This document shows, piece by piece, positions 17,701-25,905 of a stretch of DNA of 32,000 nt. The translations under genes were made by a program, and so were the position numbers. Origin of the DNA: Nitrosococcus oceani ATCC 19707 (GTDB lineage Bacteria > Pseudomonadota > Gammaproteobacteria > Nitrosococcales > Nitrosococcaceae); the NCBI RefSeq assembly GCF_000012805.1, contig NC_007484.1:1680001-1712000 (forward strand), in the 5' to 3' direction. The notes beneath the pieces are model-generated. The model ran no database searches and was not told the DNA's origin. It saw only the letters and a program-made list of their open reading frames with translations. Position 1 is the stretch's first letter. Every line of letters starts with the position of its first letter.

Positions 17701-17941
17701 TGCGGGGACCATGGGGCGGGTACGTCCCGTCTTCATGGCTGATTTTTCCACTATTGCAGGTCTTTTGCCTATCATGTGGAGCTCGGGCACGGGAGCTGAG
17801 ACTATGCAGCGAATCGCCGCCCCCATGGTAGGGGGATTGGTGAGTGTCATGATTCTCAACTTACTGGTATTGCCCGTGTTTTATGGGATGATTTTACAAG
17901 CTCGGGAAAGGTTTCGCGGACAGTTCAAAGATGGGCTCTGA
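14738..17941 (+). CDS. cusA: heavy-metal RND permease, CusA type (Cu(I)/Ag(I))
   Basis: Length 1067 aa. The TM4 motif GAMVDAAVVMIENAHK matches E. coli CusA. Equivalents of the Met triad are present (ILYMPSAYPG, APLSMFETT, RIDMLSTGIK). Confidence 0.95.
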   Translation: MIKFIIDASLRNKFLVLTATLLLLAVGLWTLKNTPLDAIPDLSDVQVIVFTEYPGQAPQVVEDQVTYPLTTAMLAVPHAKVVRGYSFFGFSFVYIIFEDGTDMYWARSRVLEYLNYVRGRLPAGINPSLGPDATGVGWIYEYALVDRSGKHDLAQLRTIQDWYLRYPLQTVPGVAEVASIGGFVKQYQVEVDPNALLAYHIPLSKVKRAIQRSNQDVGGRLVEMAETEYMVRGLGYIQSIEDINDIPLGVDRQGTPIRIADVAHVHLGPELRRGLAELNGEGEVAGGVVVMRYGENALATIQRVRTKLEELKQSLPEGVEIVPVYDRGALIERAVDSLQETLLQEVIIVSLVLALFLFHLRSSLVAILALPMAVLIAFIIMKGQGLNANIMSLGGIAITIGAMVDAAVVMIENAHKHLERSVLEKGRALTRDEHWVTVGISAKEVGPALFFALAIMTVSYLAIFTLEAQEGRLFKPLAFTATYTMAAGSVLAITLVPLLMGYFIRGKILPEKKNPANRLLHFLFAPAVRQALRFRKTTLIIAFVLLGVTLYPVAKTGSEFMPPLDEGDILYMPSAYPGISITKAKEVLQQTDKILSTFPEVHSVFGKAGRAETATDPAPLSMFETTVQLKPKEAWPDPSKTTKELMDEMDAAIQFPGITNAWTMPIKTRIDMLSTGIKTPIGIKVSGPDLAVLEQVAGDIERTLKALPETLSAFGDKAAGGYYLDFDISREEAARYGLTVGDVQDVIQTAIGGMKVTETVEGLERYPVNLRYPRESRDNLTQLKRTLIPTPTGTQIPLSQVADLRLHRGPPVIKSENSRPNAWIYVDIKSSDIGGYVAKAKEVVQREVDIPPGYTLSWSGQYEYMARAAERLQIVVPLTLLIIFLLLYFNFRNVTEPLLVMGFIPFNLIGGFWLLYWLDFNLSVAVGVGFIALAGIGAETAVLKLTFIDQELAQRRQAKLKKRQEGENTPPSSKVLRLSSKEIMSAAYAGTMGRVRPVFMADFSTIAGLLPIMWSSGTGAETMQRIAAPMVGGLVSVMILNLLVLPVFYGMILQARERFRGQFKDGL

Positions 17942-17972
17942 ATTTTTTCCGTTCCCTGTTATTGGATTTTGC

Positions 17973-18416
17973 CTATGCTTTATCAATATAAGTTTTCACG
18001 AATTGTTCAAGCTGGGGGACGTCACATTCGAATCCCATTTCCCGGGCTTTTTGCAGGGCGGTTTCCCCATTCATTCCCTGCTCGACCGCCGTGGCCATCA
18101 TGGTGAAAGCGCCAGCGCGCTTGCCACTGGCGCAATGCACAAACACTGGTTTGGGGACATCCTCTAGCCGCTCCCGGAACTGGTCCACCAGGGTTTCATT
18201 TCAGGCGTCCATGGACACCGGAAGATGCGCGTATTCCATACCGAGTTCGCTGACAATCGCGCCTTCATCGGACGGGCTTAAGGGTTGATCCTTCTCGCCA
18301 GTCGCACGCAGGTTAATGACAGTTTGGAAACCCTCTTGTTTCAGCTGTTGCAAATCTTCCTTGAAAGGTTGGCCGCCCACCGCAGTTGTTTCATTGAATT
18401 TGCTCAGATTCATCAT
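17973..18416 (-). pseudogene. DUF442 / TIGR01244-type sulfurtransferase-phosphatase-like protein interrupted by one in-frame TGA
   Basis: ORFs 18201..18416 and 17973..18188 are in the same frame. The minus strand reads ...LPVSMDA-TGA-NETL-VDQFRERLEDVPKPVFVHCASGKRAG. Together they give a full-length family member with the HCxxGxR active-site loop. Confidence 0.7.
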
Positions 18417-18578
18417 GCTTTCTCCCAGTAAATATTGGGTTAATTTCTCATTAATATATATCTCAAGCCTACGGCAATAGGGGGTACTATGCTAATAGCT
18501 CGATTATTCAATTCTAGCTGTACTCCCCATCAAGGGGATATTCCTCGTGGATTTCAGCCTGTAACTTCGCTCCCCTTC

Positions 18579-19331
18579 TTAGCCTTGATCATAGGGGTTA
18601 CAGGGTGCCCGGAATTCCTCGGGCACATCAGGCGGGCATTGGCCGCACATGTGGTTGCCGGGGACGGCAAAATCGATTTTTTGGGGATAGGGCAGGTCAA
18701 GATTGTTCATGATGGTTGTGAAGTCTTCTAGCGATGTGGATTCCTTTATCCGGGGATTGCGCTTTTTCTCCTGGGCAATGGTTGAGATGAATCGTCCTTC
18801 ATAATTGTGGGCCGGATAAACCAGGGTTTCGTCGGGTAGGGTAAAGAGCTTGTCGCGAATGCTATGGTATAAACTGGTGGCATCGCCTTGCTGAAAATCA
18901 GTGCGCCCGCAGGCATCGATTAAAAGCGCATCGCCAGAGAAGAGGAGGGTGTGAGTTTGGTCGTTCACAATATAGCAATGATGGGTGTCGGTATGGCCAG
19001 GGGTAAACAGGGGATGCAGTTCGATGTTGCCAATGGAAAAAGATTCGCCCTCTCGCAGACCAATATCGACGCAGGAAAACTGGTCCATGGCCGGATAACA
19101 AATTTGGCTGCCGGTAAGTTGTTTGAGCTTAAGTGCGCCTGTCAGATGATCCGCATGGACATGGGTATCAATGGTATAGGTTAGCTTCAAGTCCAGCGCT
19201 TGCAGTATTTCCAAATCCCGTTTCGTGGTGTCGATAACCGGGTCAATCAGTGCGCACTGGCCAGTTTCGGGGCAGGCCAGCAAATAAGTGTAAGTAGAGG
19301 ATACTGGTTCGAAAAGCTGTTTGAAAAGCAT
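18579..19331 (-). CDS. MBL-fold hydrolase, ETHE1/persulfide-dioxygenase-like
   Basis: The HVHADH metal motif, the N-terminus MLFKQLFEPVSSTYTYLL, and a C-terminus NNLDLPYPQKIDFAVPGNHMCG typical of bacterial persulfide dioxygenases. It sits upstream of a DUF442 gene, as in blh-type loci. Confidence 0.8.
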   Translation of the reverse strand: MLFKQLFEPVSSTYTYLLACPETGQCALIDPVIDTTKRDLEILQALDLKLTYTIDTHVHADHLTGALKLKQLTGSQICYPAMDQFSCVDIGLREGESFSIGNIELHPLFTPGHTDTHHCYIVNDQTHTLLFSGDALLIDACGRTDFQQGDATSLYHSIRDKLFTLPDETLVYPAHNYEGRFISTIAQEKKRNPRIKESTSLEDFTTIMNNLDLPYPQKIDFAVPGNHMCGQCPPDVPEEFRAPCNPYDQG

Positions 19332-19726
19332 GCCTTTATCTCCAAATTAGCAGCAAAAAGCGCGGACTTCAAAGGGCCCCTTGATCGCATTTTTCGATAG
19401 CCTTCACTATCGAGGATAGTGCAGCCTTTGACTCATTACCAGCGCCGACCCGGAAAATGGCCCCTTCGCTCCACTCGGCAACAGCGTTACCCTTCGGTGT
19501 TCTATCAAGGACGACACGTTTTGGCGGCGCCGCCATGGGTACGGGCCTGCTGAATAGGGGGCAGGGGGGTATCCCCGTAAGGGCAGCATACGCGGCAATC
19601 CCCCGGTTTGGAGCGCAGCCTGATAATTGCCGTAGGAAAGAAAAATGGTGCCTCTTCTGCTAGAGTTAAGTATTCCCGAGCTTAAGATTGTAAGCCCTGT
19701 TTTTAAACCCAACGAGGATTAAACCC

Positions 19727-21901
19727 ATGCGTACGGAGAGTCGCCAACATACCCATAAAACCATGGCTGCTTCTGTTCAGAATGGCGAGTCTAGTGCTGT
19801 TTTCACCTGCCCCATGCATCCGGAAATCCGCCAACAAGGACCCGGCAATTGCCCTATTTGCGGCATGGCCCTGGAGCCGGAAACCATCACTGGCGAGGAA
19901 GGTGAAAATCCAGAACTGACCGATTTCAAGCGCAGGTTTTGGATTGGCTTGGTGTTGAGTCTCCCCCTGCTAGTATTGGACATGGGGGGGCATTTTACCG
20001 ATATCCATTTCGTTGACGAAAACATTTCAAACTGGGTTCAATTGGTGCTGGCCACACCGGTTGTGCTTTGGGCGGGTTGGCCTTTTTTCGTGCGCGGCGC
20101 TTATTCACTGGTGAAGCGTTCTTTAAATATGTTTACCTTGATTGCCATGGGTACGGGCGTTGCCTGGATATATAGCGTGGTCGCCACTATCGCCCCTGGT
20201 ATTTTCCCGGCGGCCTTTCGCGGCGAAAGCGGCATTGTTCCGGTTTATTTTGAAGCCGCCGCGGTCATTATCGTTCTGGTGCTGTTAGGGCAAATTCTGG
20301 AACTACGCGCCCGGGAGCGGACGGGCGGCGCCATCAAAGCCCTGCTCGGTCTGGCGCCCAAAACCGCCTACCGAATCGATGAAAAGGGCCATGCCGCCGA
20401 GATCCCCATTGAAGAGATTCAAGTAGGCGATCATTTACGGATTCGCCCCGGTGATAAATTGCCGGTAGACGGCGTAGTGACGGAAGGTAGCAGCCATGTG
20501 GATGAGTCCATGGTTACCGGAGAGCCGATGCCGGTTGAAAAAACGGTGGGATCAAAGGTCATCGGCGCTACCGTAAATGCCAATGGCTCTCTCATTATCC
20601 GCGCTGAGAAAGTGGGCCGGGAAACGATGCTAGCCCAAATCGTTAAAATGGTCGCTGATGCCCAAAGAAGCCGGGCCCCCATCCAAAGAATGGCGGATAT
20701 TGTGGCGGGCTGGTTCGTGCCGGCGGTTGTTTTGATTGCGGTAATCGCTTTTATCCTCTGGTCTATTTTGGGCCCCCCGCCCGCCTTTAGTTATGCTTTG
20801 ATTGCCGCGGTGAGCGTTTTGATTATTGCCTGTCCCTGCGCCCTGGGATTGGCCACACCCATGTCCATCATGGTGGGGGTAGGCCGAGGAGCCAAGGCCG
20901 GGGTGCTGATTAAAAATGCCGAAGCTCTGGAGATCATGGAAAAAGTGGATACCCTGGTGGTAGATAAAACCGGTACCCTGACAGAAGGCCGTCCCGCCTT
21001 AACGGAGATAATAACCGCCGAGGGATGGGAGCGGGATGAGCTGCTGAAACTTGCCGCCGCCCTGGAGCAGGGAAGTGAGCACCCCCTGGCGGAGGCCATC
21101 GTTCGGGCCGCCCATGACGAGGGGTTGGTGTTGGCTCATACAAAGGGCTTTAAGGCGGTGACTGGAAAAGGCGTGAAAGGTCGGGTAGAGGGCAGGGAGA
21201 TTGCCTTGGGAAACAGCAAGCTGATGGCCGATCTGGGGGTTGATACCGCACCGCTTCGGAAAGGCGCCGAGGAGCTGCGGGTCCAGGGCGCTACCGCCAT
21301 GTTGGTAGCCATTGATGGCAAATTAGCGGGGGTCATTGCAGTCTCTGATCCCATCAAGGAAACGACCCACGGGGCTATTCAAGATCTGCATGAGGCGGGT
21401 TTAAAAATTGTCATGCTCACGGGAGACAATGAAACCACCGCCCGGGCCGTTTCAGAGAAACTGGGCATTGATGAAGTGTATGCCGATGTCTTGCCCCAGG
21501 ATAAAAATCGGATTGTGGGCGAATTGCGGGATAAAGGCGCCGTGGTCGCCATGGCGGGGGATGGGATTAATGATGCCCCGGCCCTGGCGGCGGCCCAGGT
21601 GGGGATTGCCATGGGAACTGGCGCCGACGTAGCTATGGAAAGCGCGGGTGTGACTTTGCTGCAAGGCGATCTGAACGGTATTACCAAAGCGATTCATCTG
21701 TCCAGAGCCACCATGAGAAATATTCGCCAAAACCTTTTCTTTGCCTTTATCTACAATGCGGCGGGGGTACCGGTAGCCGCGGGCGTTCTATTTCCCTTTT
21801 TTGGCATTTTGCTTTCTCCCATTTTTGCCGCCGCCGCCATGTCGCTTAGTTCCGTCAGCGTGGTAGGGAATGCGCTGCGTTTGAACTGGGTGAAAGTATA
21901 A
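19727..21901 (+). CDS. copA: copper-translocating P1B-type ATPase
   Basis: CPC motif ([13 protein letters not shown]), DKTGTLT phosphorylation site, [12 protein letters not shown]. The N-terminus is the metal-binding ribbon [26 protein letters not shown] instead of a GMTCxxC ferredoxin-like domain. Confidence 0.95.
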   Translation: MRTESRQHTHKTMAASVQNGESSAVFTCPMHPEIRQQGPGNCPICGMALEPETITGEEGENPELTDFKRRFWIGLVLSLPLLVLDMGGHFTDIHFVDENISNWVQLVLATPVVLWAGWPFFVRGAYSLVKRSLNMFTLIAMGTGVAWIYSVVATIAPGIFPAAFRGESGIVPVYFEAAAVIIVLVLLGQILELRARERTGGAIKALLGLAPKTAYRIDEKGHAAEIPIEEIQVGDHLRIRPGDKLPVDGVVTEGSSHVDESMVTGEPMPVEKTVGSKVIGATVNANGSLIIRAEKVGRETMLAQIVKMVADAQRSRAPIQRMADIVAGWFVPAVVLIAVIAFILWSILGPPPAFSYALIAAVSVLIIACPCALGLATPMSIMVGVGRGAKAGVLIKNAEALEIMEKVDTLVVDKTGTLTEGRPALTEIITAEGWERDELLKLAAALEQGSEHPLAEAIVRAAHDEGLVLAHTKGFKAVTGKGVKGRVEGREIALGNSKLMADLGVDTAPLRKGAEELRVQGATAMLVAIDGKLAGVIAVSDPIKETTHGAIQDLHEAGLKIVMLTGDNETTARAVSEKLGIDEVYADVLPQDKNRIVGELRDKGAVVAMAGDGINDAPALAAAQVGIAMGTGADVAMESAGVTLLQGDLNGITKAIHLSRATMRNIRQNLFFAFIYNAAGVPVAAGVLFPFFGILLSPIFAAAAMSLSSVSVVGNALRLNWVKV

Positions 21902-21994
21902 TAAGCGGACATTCACTCAATCGTTGAAAGAAAATCTCCGCCTCGCCAATATCAAAATAGGACGATATGTTAAAAAATCAGTTGAGCATGAGGA

Positions 21995-22672
21995 ATGGCC
22001 AATTGTTGTGAGGACAAAAGCTGCGAGGTTACCGCCCTCCGGGAACGTCACGGACGCGTATTGTGGATTGTGCTGATTATCAATCTCGTGATGTTTTTCG
22101 TAGAGGGCTGGGCGGGTCTGTTGGCTCATTCCACCTCGCTTCTTGCGGATGCCCTTGACATGTTGGGCGATGCCTTGGTCTATGGATTCAGCCTTTTTGT
22201 GCTTGCCCGTTCGGTACGCTGGCAGGCGGGGGCGGCTCTCGCAAAGGGGGGATTTATGCTTGTCTTCGGCCTTGGCGTACTGGGGGAAGCCACCTACAAG
22301 GTGTTCTATCCTATTATGCCAGGCGTGGAGATGATGGGCCTTATCGGAGGGGTGGCGCTTGCGGCAAACCTTGTTTGTTTTTTCCTGCTCTACCGCCACC
22401 GGAGCGACAATCTCAACATGCGTTCCACATGGTTGTGCTCCAGAAATGACCTGATAGCGAATGTTGGTATCTTACTGGCTGCCGCGGGTAGCTATTTACT
22501 CGCTTCACGCTGGCCGGATATTCTTGTTGGAAGTCTCATTGCAAGTCTATTTCTTAGCTCTGCGTTCAGTGTTTTGCGGCAGTCCCTTCAAGCGCTGCGC
22601 GCCCCCCATTCTGAAACCGCGGGATCGGTCGCTATTCGTCCATTCAACACCAACACATCCCACAATGCTTAG
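21995..22672 (+). CDS. short cation-diffusion-facilitator-like transporter (membrane domain only)
   Basis: N-terminal CCEDKSC, a TM2 motif HSTSLLADALDMLGDAL, and six hydrophobic segments. At 225 aa it lacks the usual cytoplasmic C-terminal domain. Confidence 0.75.
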   Translation: MANCCEDKSCEVTALRERHGRVLWIVLIINLVMFFVEGWAGLLAHSTSLLADALDMLGDALVYGFSLFVLARSVRWQAGAALAKGGFMLVFGLGVLGEATYKVFYPIMPGVEMMGLIGGVALAANLVCFFLLYRHRSDNLNMRSTWLCSRNDLIANVGILLAAAGSYLLASRWPDILVGSLIASLFLSSAFSVLRQSLQALRAPHSETAGSVAIRPFNTNTSHNA

Positions 22673-22680
22673 CGTACGAT

Positions 22681-25600
22681 TTACGTTATTGTTGTACCGC
22701 CCCGGTTTACGCGCAGGCGCCGTCTCTTCCAGATAGCAAAGATCGCCGGGAAAACAATCAGCACCATAGCTAGCGCTGAGATCACTCCGCCAATCATCGG
22801 AGCGGCGATACGCTGCATCACATCCGCGCCGCTGCCGGTACTCCATAGGATAGGCATCAGGCCCACGAACAGGGTCATACCGGTCATAAGCATGGGGCGG
22901 ATGCGCATGCTAGCGCCTTCCTGGATGACCTCGCGCAGGTCACCACGCGTTCTTAGGCGCCCCTCTGCCCAGCGCGCCCGGTATGCCAGATCCAGATAGA
23001 CCATCATCAGCAGACCCAGCTCAACCGCAAGGCCAGCCACCGCAATCATGCCGACCCACACGGCCACGCTTAGCTTGTAGTCCAGGAACCACAGCAGCCA
23101 TACGGCACCGACCAGGGAAAATGGCACGCTGACCATGATAATGAATGTTTCCGTAAGGGAGCCCCGGTGCATAAATAGCATGAAGAAGATCAGGAACAGG
23201 GTTGCCGGCAGGAGCACCTGGAGCTTGGCCTTGGCCTGCTCGAAATATTGAAACTGTCCTGCCCACTCGAGCCGGTAGCCCGCGGGAATCGCGGCGCGAT
23301 CAGCAACTGCCTGCTTGGCTAACGCCACATAGTCAGCGATCCCAATGCTCGGCTTGACATCCACAAACACAAAACCCACGAGTTGGCCGTCCTCGCTGCG
23401 GATCGCCGGCGGGCCGGTGGTAAAGGCAATATCGGCTACCTGGGTAATGGGAATTTGGGCGCCGGTTGGCGTTGCCACCAGCACCCGTTCCAAGGCGGCG
23501 ATATTATCGCGGTAGTTACGCCCATAGCGCACCAGGATATTGTAGCGCTCGCGCCCCTCCACGGTCTGGGATACGACGGCTCCGCCGATAGCCGCCATGA
23601 TGACGCGCTGGACGTCTTCGACGTTGAGACCGAAGCGGGCGGCGCTGACCCGGTGGATAGTGAAATCGAGGAAATAGCCGCCGGTGGTGCGCTCGGCGAA
23701 CGCACTACGGGTATGGGGAGTAGTGCGAGGATCATTCTGTAGGATTTTCTCAATGGCGATACCCGTTTTTTCGATGGTGGCCAGATCCGGCCCGAAGACT
23801 TTGATCCCCAGGGCGGAGCGAATACCGGTAGCCAGCATTTCGGTGCGGGTCTGGATGGGCATCCAGAAAATGTTGGGCATCCCGGGAAAACGCAGCTTCT
23901 GGTCCAGCTCCTGAATCAGATCCTCCCAGGCGAGCCCTTGACGCCATTGTTTCTTGGGCTTGAGGGTGATTACCGTCTCCACCATGGATAGGGGGGCCGG
24001 ATCGGTGGCGCTAGTGGCACGGCCGACCTTGCCGAATACGTGCTCCACTTCCGGGATGCCGGCGATAATCCGATCCATGGTCTGCAAGGTTTGGGTCGCC
24101 TCGGTAATGGACATGCCCGGCAGCGCGGTAGGCATGTAGAGAATCGATCCCTCGTTGAGCGGCGGCATGAACTCAGTGCCAAGTGATCGAAACGGGATCA
24201 CTGTGGCGAATAAGGCAATTACGGCCAACCCCACCACCCACCAGCGTAGCTGGATGGCCAACCGTACCATGGGCCGATAGGCCGCCACCAGCCAGCGGTT
24301 GAGCCTGCTGCGATCAGCGCGGATACGCCCGCGGATGAGCCATACGGCCAGGGCTGGAATCAAGGTGAGGGAGAGGAGCGCGGCAAACGCCATGGAATAG
24401 GTCTTGGTGTAGGCTAATGGCTTGAACAGCCGCCCCTCGGTGCCCTCCAACGCGAACACCGGCAGGAAGGAGACGGTGATAATCAACAACGAGAAGAAAA
24501 TGCTCGGCCCCACCTCCTGCATGGCCTCGATCACCACATCGATGCGCGATTTTGCCCTCTCCTCCGACGGCGTGTCCCCAGCCTGCCACTGGTGCAACCG
24601 CTTGTGGATGTTGTCGATGATGACAATGGCCGCATCCACCATGGCGCCGATGGCGACCGCAATGCCGCCCAGCGACATGATATTGGCGGTCAGTCCCTGA
24701 TAAGCCATGGGAATGAAGGCGATAAGCACCGCCACCGGTAAAGTGATGACCGCCACCAGCGCGGAGCGTAGGTGCAGCAGAAAGGCCAGGATCACCAGTG
24801 AGACGATGATCATCTCTTCGATCAGAGTCTTTTGCAGGGTATCAATGGCCTGCTTGATCAGGGTGGAGCGGTCATAAACCGGTACGATCTCCACACCCTC
24901 GGGTAGCCCCGGTTTGATCTCGGCCATCCGCTGCTTCACGCGGTTGATCACCGATAGGGCGTTTTCGCCGTAGCGCATCACCACAATGCCGCCGACGGTG
25001 ACGCCCTCCCCATCCAATTCCGCCTGGCCGCGCTGCATTGCCGGCCCGAGCGCTACCGTGCCGACCTCCTTGAGGGTAAGGGGGACCCCGCCCGTGGTCG
25101 TCTTCAGAACGACCTGTTCCAGATCGGTAACCGATTGCACGTAACCTCGGCCGCGGATGAAGTGCTCGTAGCCGGCCACCTCCAGGAGGCGTCCGCCGAC
25201 CTCGTTGTTGACAGCGCGCACCGCCTCGACTACCCGCTTGAGCGGAATGTCCAGTGAAGCCAGCTTGTTGGGATCGAGGCTGATCTGGTATTCGCGCTTA
25301 TAGCCGCCTACGGACGCCACCTCGGCCACGCCTTCAATGGCCTCCAGCGCATAACGCAGGTTGAAGTCCTGCAAGGAGCGCAACTCCGCCAGATTATGGC
25401 GACCGCTGGTATCCCTGAGCGCGTACTGGTACACCCAGCCGACTCCGGTGGCGTCCGGCCCCAGGGTGGGGTTGACGTTTTCAGGTAGATCCGCCGTGGC
25501 GCTGTTCAAATATTCCAGCACCCGCGAGCGCGCCCAGTACATATCCACGCCGTCCTCGAAAATGACGTAGACGAAGGAGAGTCCAAAAAAGCTTTGACCG

Positions 25601-25905
25601 CGCACGTAGTTGACGCCAGGCGCCGCCAGCAAGGTCGTTGTCAGGGGATAGGTGATCTGATCCTCCACCAGGTCCGGACTGCGCCCCGGCCACTCGGTGA
25701 AGAGAATCACTTGCACATCGGAGAGATCCGGAATGGCGTCCAGCGGCGCTTGTATCAGCGCCCGATAGCCGCCGAAAGCCAATGTCGCAATGGCGACCAG
25801 GGTTAACAGTCGGTTGCGCGCGCAGTAGCCGATGAGACGCTGCAGCGCGCTAAGATCGGTGCCTTCCGCGGGGGGATGCCCCTTGCCCTGGTGTTCACTT
25901 ACCAT
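22681..25905 (-). CDS. cusA: heavy-metal RND permease, CusA type, paralogue 2
   Basis: Length 1074 aa. The TM4 motif is GAMVDAAIVIIDNIHK. Equivalents of the Met triad are present (ILYMPTALPG, APLSMVETV, RTEMLATGIR). The start overlaps the cusB-2 stop (ATGGTAA). Confidence 0.95.
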   Translation of the reverse strand: MVSEHQGKGHPPAEGTDLSALQRLIGYCARNRLLTLVAIATLAFGGYRALIQAPLDAIPDLSDVQVILFTEWPGRSPDLVEDQITYPLTTTLLAAPGVNYVRGQSFFGLSFVYVIFEDGVDMYWARSRVLEYLNSATADLPENVNPTLGPDATGVGWVYQYALRDTSGRHNLAELRSLQDFNLRYALEAIEGVAEVASVGGYKREYQISLDPNKLASLDIPLKRVVEAVRAVNNEVGGRLLEVAGYEHFIRGRGYVQSVTDLEQVVLKTTTGGVPLTLKEVGTVALGPAMQRGQAELDGEGVTVGGIVVMRYGENALSVINRVKQRMAEIKPGLPEGVEIVPVYDRSTLIKQAIDTLQKTLIEEMIIVSLVILAFLLHLRSALVAVITLPVAVLIAFIPMAYQGLTANIMSLGGIAVAIGAMVDAAIVIIDNIHKRLHQWQAGDTPSEERAKSRIDVVIEAMQEVGPSIFFSLLIITVSFLPVFALEGTEGRLFKPLAYTKTYSMAFAALLSLTLIPALAVWLIRGRIRADRSRLNRWLVAAYRPMVRLAIQLRWWVVGLAVIALFATVIPFRSLGTEFMPPLNEGSILYMPTALPGMSITEATQTLQTMDRIIAGIPEVEHVFGKVGRATSATDPAPLSMVETVITLKPKKQWRQGLAWEDLIQELDQKLRFPGMPNIFWMPIQTRTEMLATGIRSALGIKVFGPDLATIEKTGIAIEKILQNDPRTTPHTRSAFAERTTGGYFLDFTIHRVSAARFGLNVEDVQRVIMAAIGGAVVSQTVEGRERYNILVRYGRNYRDNIAALERVLVATPTGAQIPITQVADIAFTTGPPAIRSEDGQLVGFVFVDVKPSIGIADYVALAKQAVADRAAIPAGYRLEWAGQFQYFEQAKAKLQVLLPATLFLIFFMLFMHRGSLTETFIIMVSVPFSLVGAVWLLWFLDYKLSVAVWVGMIAVAGLAVELGLLMMVYLDLAYRARWAEGRLRTRGDLREVIQEGASMRIRPMLMTGMTLFVGLMPILWSTGSGADVMQRIAAPMIGGVISALAMVLIVFPAIFAIWKRRRLRVNRGGTTIT

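Noticed and set aside
18201-18203. In-frame TGA as selenocysteine
   Set aside because: The position does not align with a catalytic Cys of the DUF442 family. Only a 4-bp CUGG-UGGA-CCAG hairpin follows it, which is unlike a bacterial SECIS, and no sel genes are in view.
19500-19540. GACGACAC stretch reminiscent of E. coli 6S RNA
   Set aside because: Only an 8-nt resemblance. I found no long terminal 5'/3' pairing or central bubble architecture, and the genomic context differs.
19407-19712. 101-aa ORF (minus) and the overlapping 68-aa ORF (plus) in the copA upstream spacer
   Set aside because: Non-standard TTG start, a composition dominated by Arg, Pro and Gly, no recognisable motif, and no RBS. 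They are more likely to be chance ORFs in a GC-rich structured spacer.
21917-22399. 160-aa minus-strand ORF overlapping the CDF gene, and similar antisense ORFs such as 3460..3933, 5520..5951, 15122..15535 and 23383..23742
   Set aside because: These are shadow ORFs on the opposite strand of, or out of frame within, well-supported genes. They have no motifs and low-complexity Arg/Pro/Gly-rich translations.
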